A stretch of DNA of 53,645 bases, taken from a virus (taxonomy: Duplodnaviria; Caudoviricetes). Of the stretch, positions 46,263-53,645 are shown one piece after another. Below the pieces are notes generated by a model. The model was not told where the DNA came from. It made no database searches and was given only the letters and a program-made list of their open reading frames with translations. Every line of letters begins with the position of its first letter. Position 1 is the first letter of the stretch. Both the position numbers and the translations under genes were made by a program. The stretch spans positions 1-53,645 of the IMG/VR virus record IMGVR_UViG_3300025875_000034. One strand, written 5' to 3'.

Positions 46263-48036
46263 AACCTAAAAGAGTTTTTTGAATGATGGAAATTTTGTTT
46301 TCGTATGCAAGCAGGTTTCCCCATTGAACAACCGGGCCGTTCTCCCGTTCAAATTTAAGAATGTAATTATAAAAATTGCTTTTTAGCATTACACTATCAA
46401 AGGGGAACATTCGCAAGAAAATCGAATCAGGCGTTAATGCAGAAATTGTTGATGCGTCAATTGTTACGTCAGGAAACGGTTCTAATTCAGAAAGGATGCG
46501 TTGCCGCAATTTCATATCCTCGTTAGTCCTGTATTTCGTTTCGTCTCGCAACCTGCGAGTTGAAGCCAGAACATATTGCGGCATTCCGCTTTTCTTCTGA
46601 CGTTCATATATTTCATCTAATTCTTGCGCAGACTGTAAATAAAATTCGTCTCCGTAAAATACGGTTGAACCAATAAAATCTGCGCCGAACATTAATTTGC
46701 ACAGAGTATCAAGAATCCATTTGTCTGCGGCTTCAAAATTACTCTTGTAAGCAATGACATAATTCTTGCGACTCTCGAAAGCCGAACGAACCTGTTTTTC
46801 GTTTTTAGCTGCATCATTGCCCGGTTCGCCTGCAAAGCCTGTGATATTCCTGTGAATTTCTTCTTTGCGCTCTGTCAGGCGTTTTGAAGCGTGTTCTAAG
46901 GAAGTAACAGGGGTTTCGATAATACCAAGCGGTTCCCGCAAGTCTGCATCTGTGCTGTTGTTCGGAGCGCTTACACGCTTCACTGAACCCGGCCCGATAT
47001 ACTTTGACTTGATACATTCGCCGCAAGGCGTTGTATAGGTCTGAATGAACTCCTTTTTCCCGCTTGGAACGGTAAGGTCCGGAACAACTACAATGTTGGT
47101 ATGAACGAACTTGCCTGACTGACAAGCTTCACCCTTTTCGTTTAGGTGTTTCGGGTCTTTATCAAAGTACTCCCAATAGATAGGGTAAATGCCGGTTGCC
47201 TCGAAATTAATCAAGCCGGTTTCCCAAAATAGCAGAGAGTCAAGCTTGCCCAATGAACCCGTCAAAGGAGCCTTGCGCTGAATCTTGTCAGTCTTAGTCA
47301 GTCGAGTTGACCAAAACGTTCTTGCCGGGCAATACCCTAAACCCGCAATCAGTTCTCCGCTTTCAGTGCGCAGTGAGTGCGCAACCTCTGACGTTAGAAC
47401 ATAGGGTGAATCAACGTCCGGGCGCGTTAAAACACGAAAGTATGTGTCATCAAAAACACACACTTTGTTTCTTGCGGCATCTTGCCGAAATATGATGTAT
47501 TCTGCAACGTTGTCCGGCTTAACATCAACGTCAATGACGTGTTCAATGTCGAGTAGGTAGAAATAAGGCTGCGCCCGTTCACCAATAGTTTCTTGCGGCA
47601 AGTCAACAATCAAGAATGAGTTGATTGCGTTCTTGGATGCCTCAAATGCTTCTTTGCGCCAAAACGACTCGCAGCCAATCTTTACCTTGTATTCCTCAAA
47701 TTCGTCTGCGAATTCGGGCGTATAGAATTCATGCTTGAAGTACCTGTTTTCGGCATACAAGCCGCGCTCAAGCTCTGAAAAGATGCTTGCGGTAAATTCA
47801 ACAGTCGGAAGCGGAAATTCAAGAGCCTGTTTGAACTGCTTGAATTTCTCCGCAGGAAGCCGGGCTTCAATCCCATCCAAGACGGTCTTATAAGCCGGGC
47901 TTACTTCCTTTTCATCTTGTGCTGCATCAACATGAAGCCGCAAGCGTTCATTGTGCTTGCGGCTTCTTTCTATTGATGCACCGTTATTCGGACGTTCTAG
48001 CAGGTTTAGGACTTCCGGAAGGGACAAGTTTGCCAT
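46159..48036 (-). CDS. Portal protein (625 aa)
   Basis: Size and position between TerL and scaffold/MCP; contains CQSG...CGEC insertion. Confidence 0.75.
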   Translation of the reverse strand: MANLSLPEVLNLLERPNNGASIERSRKHNERLRLHVDAAQDEKEVSPAYKTVLDGIEARLPAEKFKQFKQALEFPLPTVEFTASIFSELERGLYAENRYFKHEFYTPEFADEFEEYKVKIGCESFWRKEAFEASKNAINSFLIVDLPQETIGERAQPYFYLLDIEHVIDVDVKPDNVAEYIIFRQDAARNKVCVFDDTYFRVLTRPDVDSPYVLTSEVAHSLRTESGELIAGLGYCPARTFWSTRLTKTDKIQRKAPLTGSLGKLDSLLFWETGLINFEATGIYPIYWEYFDKDPKHLNEKGEACQSGKFVHTNIVVVPDLTVPSGKKEFIQTYTTPCGECIKSKYIGPGSVKRVSAPNNSTDADLREPLGIIETPVTSLEHASKRLTERKEEIHRNITGFAGEPGNDAAKNEKQVRSAFESRKNYVIAYKSNFEAADKWILDTLCKLMFGADFIGSTVFYGDEFYLQSAQELDEIYERQKKSGMPQYVLASTRRLRDETKYRTNEDMKLRQRILSELEPFPDVTIDASTISALTPDSIFLRMFPFDSVMLKSNFYNYILKFERENGPVVQWGNLLAYENKISIIQKTLLGYVNTDRESASAQFDRLPIGGTAAKPNGGPETGND

Positions 48037-48208
48037 CTTCGAGCGCGTAGGGGGATTTGTCAGGAAGTGTGAAGATACCGTTATTCAACGGGCTTGTCAG
48101 CAAGGCTTGCGCGTGTTCACCGTCATACGGCATTGCAACGGGCTTTTCGCCTTTCTTCTTACTTACCTGAACTAGCAGTTCAACTTTCGTTCCTTTCTTG
48201 AGTGACAT
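47984..48208 (-). CDS. Small structural-region protein (74 aa)
   Basis: ORF tiling. Confidence 0.7.
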   Translation of the reverse strand: MSLKKGTKVELLVQVSKKKGEKPVAMPYDGEHAQALLTSPLNNGIFTLPDKSPYALEDGKLVPSGSPKPARTSE

Positions 48209-48248
48209 TGTATTTTACAGTTATGCTTGCGAATAACAAAACCGCTAC

Positions 48249-48911
48249 TTATGCAGCGGCTTGCAGTTCAACAAACGGGTTAAAATCAAGGTCAACAAGT
48301 GCAACACGTTCGTCCCAATCCGCAGGCAGATAGAAGGAAATGACGTTTTTGTTGTCTTGGTTCAGACCTTCCGAACTCGTTCCGCCAACGTGGAAGTTGT
48401 AAAGCGGAATACCTTCATACGTGTCTGCAACTTCCTCGCCTTCCTCGAATACCTTTTGCAGCAAGGCTTGGTTGTTCACGTTGAACAGACCAATCGTAAG
48501 AGAGAAGCCGCCAAACGTAGGCAACGACATTTCTTCATACGAACGCAGAACAACCAACTGTTCAGTCGAGAGGTTGGCGCAGGTTAGCTCAACAAGGATT
48601 GCAGAGCGCCCCAAAGCGCGGGGAATACCTTTGAACGTGCTGTTGTCGTTGCCGCCTTCCTCCTGACGTTCTGACGGGGGAATTACAAGCCCGGCAAACA
48701 CAGGAGTCAGAACCATTTTCGCAGCGCCTAGTGCAGCCATTGCGGAAACCCAAGATGCTTTAGCATTCGCGGGCAAAGCAGGCGTGAACGGGCGGCTTGC
48801 GGACGGTTGAACCAACTGCAACGCACCCATTGCAAATTGGTCGAATTTCATGCCGCAAACACTTGCGGGCATTACTTTTAGCGCTGTTGGGCGCGGGCAA
48901 TTGAATTTCAT
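48249..48911 (-). CDS. Probable major tail tube protein (220 aa, MKFNCPRP)
   Basis: AAAACCGCA-ATG; beta-rich; own promoter; no other tube candidate near the tail genes. Confidence 0.5.
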   Translation of the reverse strand: MKFNCPRPTALKVMPASVCGMKFDQFAMGALQLVQPSASRPFTPALPANAKASWVSAMAALGAAKMVLTPVFAGLVIPPSERQEEGGNDNSTFKGIPRALGRSAILVELTCANLSTEQLVVLRSYEEMSLPTFGGFSLTIGLFNVNNQALLQKVFEEGEEVADTYEGIPLYNFHVGGTSSEGLNQDNKNVISFYLPADWDERVALVDLDFNPFVELQAAA

Positions 48912-48960
48912 TGCGGTTTTGTTTGGGTGAAGTATAAAATGCAAAATTGCAAAACGAATC

Positions 48961-48990
48961 CAAATATAATTTTTTAATTCTCGGTTTCAA
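48961..48990 (-). promoter_or_regulatory. Bacteroidota sigma-A-like promoter for head operon
   Basis: TTG-N19-TATATTTG on minus strand. Confidence 0.6.
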
Positions 48991-50503
48991 TCCGCTTGCG
49001 TTCTTCTGTAAAGAAATTTTGCAAAGTGTCCTGAACCAACAAGTCAACTTCATCATCATGCTTTGAAGCCGGGAAACCTGCGTACTGTTTAATTGTGACG
49101 GGAATCCAAGGATTTGATGAATCTTCTTCAACAAGAACAACTCGACTAGATAACCAAGTAGGAATGCAAGCCATTGCCCTAGTCACTTTGTCTTTGTCAT
49201 ACATAGTTGTTCCCATAATTTTGGGATACTCGTATTTCATCACATTTAATTTTGTCCGCAAGTAAATACTTTGAACAATCGAAATGCCGTTTGCTTTCGG
49301 TTCTACTTCAATAATTGAATTATGGTTGTAGCCGTAACGCATAACGAATTGCGGTATATACTCAAGCAACCGTTCGTAATTCATATACACTGACTCCGAA
49401 CGCCTGACGTATTGAATATTATCTACAAAACAGCTTGCGTATAGTGCGGTTGGGTCATTGCTGTCAGCATCTTCCGTAAATGCACCGTCAATCTTGAATT
49501 TCCAAGCAACGAATTTGTTTTTCGTTCGCCGCAAGAATTCCTCCCAATTAATACGGGGGAATCTATCAGTTGGAATAATATTACCCGCAAGCGGTTGCGG
49601 ATTCTGTTGATACAGGCTGTTAAAGGTTCGTTCTCCGCTTATGCGCTTTTTATCAAGCAGGAGTTGAACTGAATGACGTTCGGGCCAAAGCGCCTCGCCT
49701 ATTTGGCGCGGGTCGAGTGCAGTTGGCGGTTCTTCCTTGATTGCGGGATATTTTATAATTGTCCATTCAGGCTCTAAACCGTCTCTGATACGCTTTGCAT
49801 CTTCCGCTTCAAGCCTTCCTCCAAGGTCATCTTCGTGCCAACGGGTTTGCAGCAAGAGTTCTTGTGAACCGTTGTGCAATCGAGTCTTGAAAACGTCTGT
49901 GTACCAATTCCAAACGTTGTCACGCATCCTTTCTGACTCCGCTTCAATCCGGTCCTTTAGCGGGTCATCAATAATGCCAATATCAACGGGCGTTCCCGTC
50001 AGTGCAGTACCTATGCCGACATTCTTGAAGAAACCCTTGCGGTTTACAATTTCAAATATGTCAGAGTTCTTGAGGTACGTTGGCCTGCCTGCCTTATGGT
50101 TGGCCCAAACTTCGCGCCCGTTCAATCTTGTTCCGGGAAATAGCTGCAAGTATTCCGGGCTTTCAATGATGCGCTGACAAGCTCTGTTGAAGCCAGAAGA
50201 AAGGGAATCGGAGTATGAACAAACCGCAATCTTTAAATCCGGGTTGATGCCTAACGCATAAGCAGGAAACAGGATTGATGACAACTGACTTTTGCCGTGC
50301 TGCGGTGGAATATATATTGCGAGTTTTTTTATTATTCCCTTTAAAAACAGGTCTAACGCCGTGCAAACCGCTATATGATGAATTGCGGCTTCGTAATTCG
50401 GCATTACAAACTTTGCAAACGACAACATACCTCGCCGCGCAAGTTCCTCTCTTATTTGCTCAAGAGTAGGTAAGTTTTCAATAAGCTTGTCTAATTCTCG
50501 CAT
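48974..50503 (-). CDS. terL: Terminase large subunit (509 aa)
   Basis: IPPQHGKSQ Walker A, GIIDDP Walker B, QTRWHEDDL, LYQQNP, FPASKHDDEVD. Confidence 0.95.
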   Translation of the reverse strand: MRELDKLIENLPTLEQIREELARRGMLSFAKFVMPNYEAAIHHIAVCTALDLFLKGIIKKLAIYIPPQHGKSQLSSILFPAYALGINPDLKIAVCSYSDSLSSGFNRACQRIIESPEYLQLFPGTRLNGREVWANHKAGRPTYLKNSDIFEIVNRKGFFKNVGIGTALTGTPVDIGIIDDPLKDRIEAESERMRDNVWNWYTDVFKTRLHNGSQELLLQTRWHEDDLGGRLEAEDAKRIRDGLEPEWTIIKYPAIKEEPPTALDPRQIGEALWPERHSVQLLLDKKRISGERTFNSLYQQNPQPLAGNIIPTDRFPRINWEEFLRRTKNKFVAWKFKIDGAFTEDADSNDPTALYASCFVDNIQYVRRSESVYMNYERLLEYIPQFVMRYGYNHNSIIEVEPKANGISIVQSIYLRTKLNVMKYEYPKIMGTTMYDKDKVTRAMACIPTWLSSRVVLVEEDSSNPWIPVTIKQYAGFPASKHDDEVDLLVQDTLQNFFTEERKRIETEN

Positions 50504-50510
50504 TCCGCAA

Positions 50511-50744
50511 TTACTTCTTTATTTCGCCTGCATATACTCGTTTGCAGTACTTAATTATTTGAATGCACTGTTCGCAATCAATTTTGTCAACTGTTGTTTC
50601 GCAATCAAGTATTCCCGACACTTCGCAAACACCTTCATTCAGTCCGCACAAGCTAGAATCATTTATTGTTCCCGCAAGGCACACTTTCGTTTCAGGCTGG
50701 CTTTCGTCATTGGTTGGTGCAAAGGTGAATCTAAGATGCTTCAT
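50511..50744 (-). CDS. Cys-rich small protein (77 aa, MKHLRF)
   Basis: SLCG...IDCEQC; start motif. Confidence 0.75.
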   Translation of the reverse strand: MKHLRFTFAPTNDESQPETKVCLAGTINDSSLCGLNEGVCEVSGILDCETTVDKIDCEQCIQIIKYCKRVYAGEIKK

Positions 50745-50751
50745 TGCGGCT

Positions 50752-50964
50752 TTATTTATTCGTGACAAACCAAGTTGAAAACTTTGCGGCTTTCCTGATT
50801 TCAACTATTGCGTCTTGGTCTAAGTCTTTAAGCGTTTCTTCAAACTCCTTTTTCGTTACTCGCATATATCCGAAAGGTGTTTTGACATTCACCCAATCAG
50901 CACGTTGCTTGATTATCATTCGGGCTTCTTTTACTGTGACGTGATTCCATTCAGTGTAATTCAT
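50752..50964 (-). CDS. Hypothetical protein (70 aa)
   Basis: Start motif. Confidence 0.75.
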   Translation of the reverse strand: MNYTEWNHVTVKEARMIIKQRADWVNVKTPFGYMRVTKKEFEETLKDLDQDAIVEIRKAAKFSTWFVTNK

Positions 50965-50986
50965 TGCGGCTTTTTTAAATGAACAA

Positions 50987-51014
50987 CCCGCACTCCTGTT
51001 TATTGAAGTGCGGG
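50987..51014. terminator. Intergenic stem-loop
   Basis: CCCGCACT-N12-AGTGCGGG. Confidence 0.45.
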
Positions 51015-51026
51015 CGCTCTGTTGTG

Positions 51027-51506
51027 TTATTGCGGTTTTATCAACTCTTGCTTTGGGTAATCAATAAACCCGTTTGAATCAGTCGGCTTGTATTTGCTTG
51101 CATCCCAAACTGTACCGTCATCATCCCTTAACAGGTTCAAAGCTTCCGCCTCTGTCATGTTGAACGGGTCTTTGTAAACGTATTGCGGATTTTCGTTTGT
51201 GACTTTCAAATTGTCGCAAGACATTCCGGAAGGGAATTCGGGTTTCGTCATCAACCCGGCTGTCAAGTCTCCTATGCGCTGAACAAGTTCCGCAGGTAGA
51301 TTCGCAGGAGTCTTATTGCCTTGCGGGTGCGGTTCCGGGTCCGGGTAAAGGTCTTTGCCGTATTTGCGCTGCTTGACAACGTAGCGTTCCGGGTCATAAA
51401 AGAGAACGCCCGGTTCGCCCGTCTCTTTATGCGTTGGCCCGTAATCCTTGATGAAGTCAAGTTGAATTTCTGATTCCTCTGCGGTTGTGAAGCTGGCTTT
51501 TCTCAT
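51027..51506 (-). CDS. Hypothetical protein (159 aa)
   Basis: AAAACCGCA-ATG. Confidence 0.75.
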   Translation of the reverse strand: MRKASFTTAEESEIQLDFIKDYGPTHKETGEPGVLFYDPERYVVKQRKYGKDLYPDPEPHPQGNKTPANLPAELVQRIGDLTAGLMTKPEFPSGMSCDNLKVTNENPQYVYKDPFNMTEAEALNLLRDDDGTVWDASKYKPTDSNGFIDYPKQELIKPQ

Positions 51507-51513
51507 TGCGGTT

Positions 51514-51687
51514 TTATCTTATTCCTCCTTTACGTGTAGGCCAATTGATTTCTGACGTTGTAGGTAAGCGCAAGTGCGGGTAAGCGTCTCCAAGATGATA
51601 GTTGAACAGCGCATTCCCTGCATTCCGCAAGGCTGCAAGCTCCTGTTTCAATCTTTCGTTTTCGGCTTCAAGTTGGCGCTTTGTCAT
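51514..51687 (-). CDS. Small coiled-coil protein (57 aa, MTKRQLEAENERLKQEL...), not in ORF track
   Basis: AAACCGCA-ATG; translated by hand; fills the gap. Confidence 0.7.
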   Translation of the reverse strand: MTKRQLEAENERLKQELAALRNAGNALFNYHLGDAYPHLRLPTTSEINWPTRKGGIR

Positions 51688-51693
51688 TGCGGT

Positions 51694-51972
51694 TTAATAA
51701 TACAGGTTCTCGATTGCGTCAAGCTTGTTCTTGAAGTATTCAAGGCAGTTGACTTGATTCAGATAAACGCCTGAATCCTTTGAAACCTGCGCATCTTCCA
51801 AGAGCCTGATACTGTCTTTGATGCCTTCAACCTTTTCCTTGTAGTGCTGAACCCGTTCTTCTCTTTCGCTGCGGATTTGCTTCAATTGGTTCAGCATATT
51901 GTGCTGACGAATCCAAAGAATTATTGAGGCGCAAAGCAAGACAACAACTGCGGCAATTAATGCTTTTTCCAT
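51694..51972 (-). CDS. Membrane-anchored coiled-coil protein (92 aa, MEKALIAA)
   Basis: N-terminal TM; ACCGCA-ATG. Confidence 0.75.
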   Translation of the reverse strand: MEKALIAAVVVLLCASIILWIRQHNMLNQLKQIRSEREERVQHYKEKVEGIKDSIRLLEDAQVSKDSGVYLNQVNCLEYFKNKLDAIENLYY

Positions 51973-51980
51973 TGCGGTAT

Positions 51981-52196
51981 TTAGCTTTTGTTGATGTGCA
52001 TTTGATACCACAAATAAGGCCAAAGCACGAATGAAAAGAGAATGATGAAAAGCTTTGTGAATTGCGGGTTGAAAAATCTTATTGAAAAATCTTCCTCGAT
52101 TTCATCATTGAATTCATCAACTAATTCTTGATTGCGGGTTTCGTACATGACGAAAAGCATTCCAAAGACAATATGAATTAAAAAGGCTGTCAGCAT
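51981..52196 (-). CDS. Two-TM membrane protein (71 aa)
   Basis: Two hydrophobic segments. Confidence 0.7.
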   Translation of the reverse strand: MLTAFLIHIVFGMLFVMYETRNQELVDEFNDEIEEDFSIRFFNPQFTKLFIILFSFVLWPYLWYQMHINKS

Positions 52197-52202
52197 TGTG
52201 TT

Positions 52203-52628
52203 TTAAGCTCTGTATGATTGCGGATAAATTTGCTCTAAGTGCTGCGCGGCTTGCCGGGAAATGATGCAGCCGTTCCACTCGAAAGACAAGCCGTAATGCG
52301 TCATCTTTGTAATGTCGCAAGTGAAGGCGTTGTTGCGCTGAACGCCTCTGTATAGCCTTTCTTCACCATTTACTGACAAGTGAACGCCTCTTTCGTCATT
52401 GGCTAAATACTTATACTCAACATACTCTTGCGGCTTTCCAACTTCATCTTGCGGCTTTTCTTCGCTTACTTCAAACGACTTCACCAACGCCTGCGCATAT
52501 TGGGTTTGGCTTCCTCTTGCGGCAATCGAAACGCCGCCTTGAAATTCCCAATTGTCATTCTTGTGTTCAGCAACAGCCTTTTCAAACAAGTCAAGGTCTG
52601 TTGATTCAATTACTTTGTAAGTTGTCAT
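52203..52628 (-). CDS. DUF1737-like domain protein (141 aa, MTTYKV)
   Basis: YKVIES...FEKAVAEH...WEFQGGVSI...YAQALVK; start motif. Confidence 0.65.
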   Translation of the reverse strand: MTTYKVIESTDLDLFEKAVAEHKNDNWEFQGGVSIAARGSQTQYAQALVKSFEVSEEKPQDEVGKPQEYVEYKYLANDERGVHLSVNGEERLYRGVQRNNAFTCDITKMTHYGLSFEWNGCIISRQAAQHLEQIYPQSYRA

Positions 52629-52636
52629 TGCGGCTT

Positions 52637-52894
52637 TTAATATGGTGAGTTGTTTCCTTTTTTGCTGTTGCCGTATCTGCGTTGCAGTACGCATTGCATA
52701 TACAAAGAAATGTAGCGGTATTTCTTTGCGACTTCCTTCCGCAGCTTGGTTTGCGTTTCAAGATGCTTGCCCCGTTCCTCTCGCAGCTTCTTTTCAAGGC
52801 TGTTGCGTTGCGTTTCCGCAAGTATGACTGCGCCTAAAAGCATAAGGTCAACAAAGACTGAAAACACAAGTGCGGCTATTTCTGGCTTTTCCAT
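52637..52894 (-). CDS. Membrane-anchored protein (85 aa)
   Basis: N-terminal TM. Confidence 0.7.
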   Translation of the reverse strand: MEKPEIAALVFSVFVDLMLLGAVILAETQRNSLEKKLREERGKHLETQTKLRKEVAKKYRYISLYMQCVLQRRYGNSKKGNNSPY

Positions 52895-53341
52895 TTATGC
52901 AGAGTAAAACGAACTTTTAGGCATCTGATTGAAGGCGGCGCAGCAAGGACAATTGAACCCGTCAACCTCGTATTCCTCCTGCTTTATATCGAAAGCTTTG
53001 CCGCGCTCTGTGATTGCCGCAAGCGTAACTTCAAGTTCAGATTTGCAGGTTGTGCAGATGCGCCGAACGCTTGCAATGAAGGTGTTCTTCAATACTCTGA
53101 TTGCGGGTTGCGACCCTTTCAGCCTTTCAGCGAACGTTGGCTTTGGCCGTTCGCCGGGCGTTGTTTCAAGTACGCTTTCCTCAATAAAAAGAGAAAGCCG
53201 CAAGAGTCCGGCTTGCGCCTTTTCAAGCGTTTCAGGAGTTGATGCGCTCCTTTCAACATCTTCTGCAATTCCGGCAATCCAACCTTTGCCGCGCTCTGCG
53301 GCTTTGAATAATATGTGAAGGCTTTCTTCTGTGCTTTTCAT
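52895..53341 (-). CDS. Zinc-ribbon protein (148 aa)
   Basis: CTTC...CPCC; AAAAGCCGCAATT-ATG. Confidence 0.75.
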   Translation of the reverse strand: MKSTEESLHILFKAAERGKGWIAGIAEDVERSASTPETLEKAQAGLLRLSLFIEESVLETTPGERPKPTFAERLKGSQPAIRVLKNTFIASVRRICTTCKSELEVTLAAITERGKAFDIKQEEYEVDGFNCPCCAAFNQMPKSSFYSA

Positions 53342-53352
53342 AATTGCGGCTT

Positions 53353-53645
53353 TTATTCGGTGAATGTTTGACCAATTGAAACTGTTCCTTGTTGCGACTT
53401 TACAAATTCAATCAACTCCTTTGCGCTTTGCCCTACTCGATTCCTCAAGTAAGGCGGCGCGTCCGTAATGATGTTGTCTGAATCAACTATTACGCCGCAA
53501 GTGAATTTCTCTGTTGAGACGTACAAAAGCTTTTTAACGCCTAAGTCTCGCAGCATCTTATCAACGTAGCTCTTGGCTTTATTTCTTGCGTTTTCAATAT
53601 CAAAACCAAGATTTTTGTTGTAGCTGAAAGCGGTAATCAATCCGC
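53353..53645 (-). CDS. 3' part of the junction-spanning 137-aa protein starting at 248
   Basis: Frame is continuous across the terminal repeat. Confidence 0.85.
   Translation of the reverse strand, partial: GLITAFSYNKNLGFDIENARNKAKSYVDKMLRDLGVKKLLYVSTEKFTCGVIVDSDNIITDAPPYLRNRVGQSAKELIEFVKSQQGTVSIGQTFTE
53519..53645. repeat. Terminal direct repeat, right copy
   Basis: Identical to 1-127. Confidence 0.95.

Larger units (their letters stand above)
1..53645. mobile_element. Complete circular siphovirus-like phage genome (about 53,518 bp unique), probable Bacteroidota host, no integrase seen
   Basis: Terminal 127-bp identity, full head/tail/lysis/replication gene set, long tape measure, no sheath gene recognised, TAnnTTTG promoters. 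Confidence 0.93.

Noticed and set aside
1-53645. Stop-codon reassignment
   Set aside because: Genes tile densely in the standard code, and TAA, TAG and TGA all end genes at sensible boundaries

Overview
The window is an apparently complete, circular, tailed dsDNA phage genome of about 53.5 kb. Bases 1-127 are identical to 53519-53645, and one gene reads in frame across that junction. Almost all genes are on the minus strand. The promoters match the Bacteroidota sigma-A consensus (TTG/TTTG-N19-21-TAnnTTTG), Shine-Dalgarno sites are not evident, and several tail proteins carry Bacteroidota-type domains, so the host is probably Bacteroidota. Modules seen: TerL, probable tail tube, portal, scaffold, major capsid and neck genes; a tail chaperone pair with a -1 frameshift; a lysis cassette; tape measure, tail tip and a CAZyme-like tailspike; a recombination/replication block (Rad50/SbcC-like ATPase, PD-(D/E)XK exonuclease, Gp3-like protein, initiator with internal iterons, NinB, HNH, DEDDh exonuclease); a TerS far from TerL; and about 30 small accessory genes including two MazG-like NTP pyrophosphatases. 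I saw no integrase, DNA polymerase, methyltransferase, reverse transcriptase or CRISPR array. The most unusual signals are: (1) an AAAGCCGCAA motif just upstream of at least 32 start codons, whose CCGCAA core is also about 10-fold enriched inside genes in both orientations (counted by eye in two 3-kb samples); (2) a 673-aa multi-winged-helix protein with a histone-H1-like tract whose own promoter holds tandem copies of that motif; (3) an antisense RNA locus with its own promoter, made of an initiator-like tRNA with a 9-nt anticodon loop followed by a second structured domain; (4) four near-identical promoter/palindrome cassettes, one driving an inverted two-gene moron with a stand-alone Mu-transposase-C-like domain. 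All product calls come from motif recognition by eye, not database searches.
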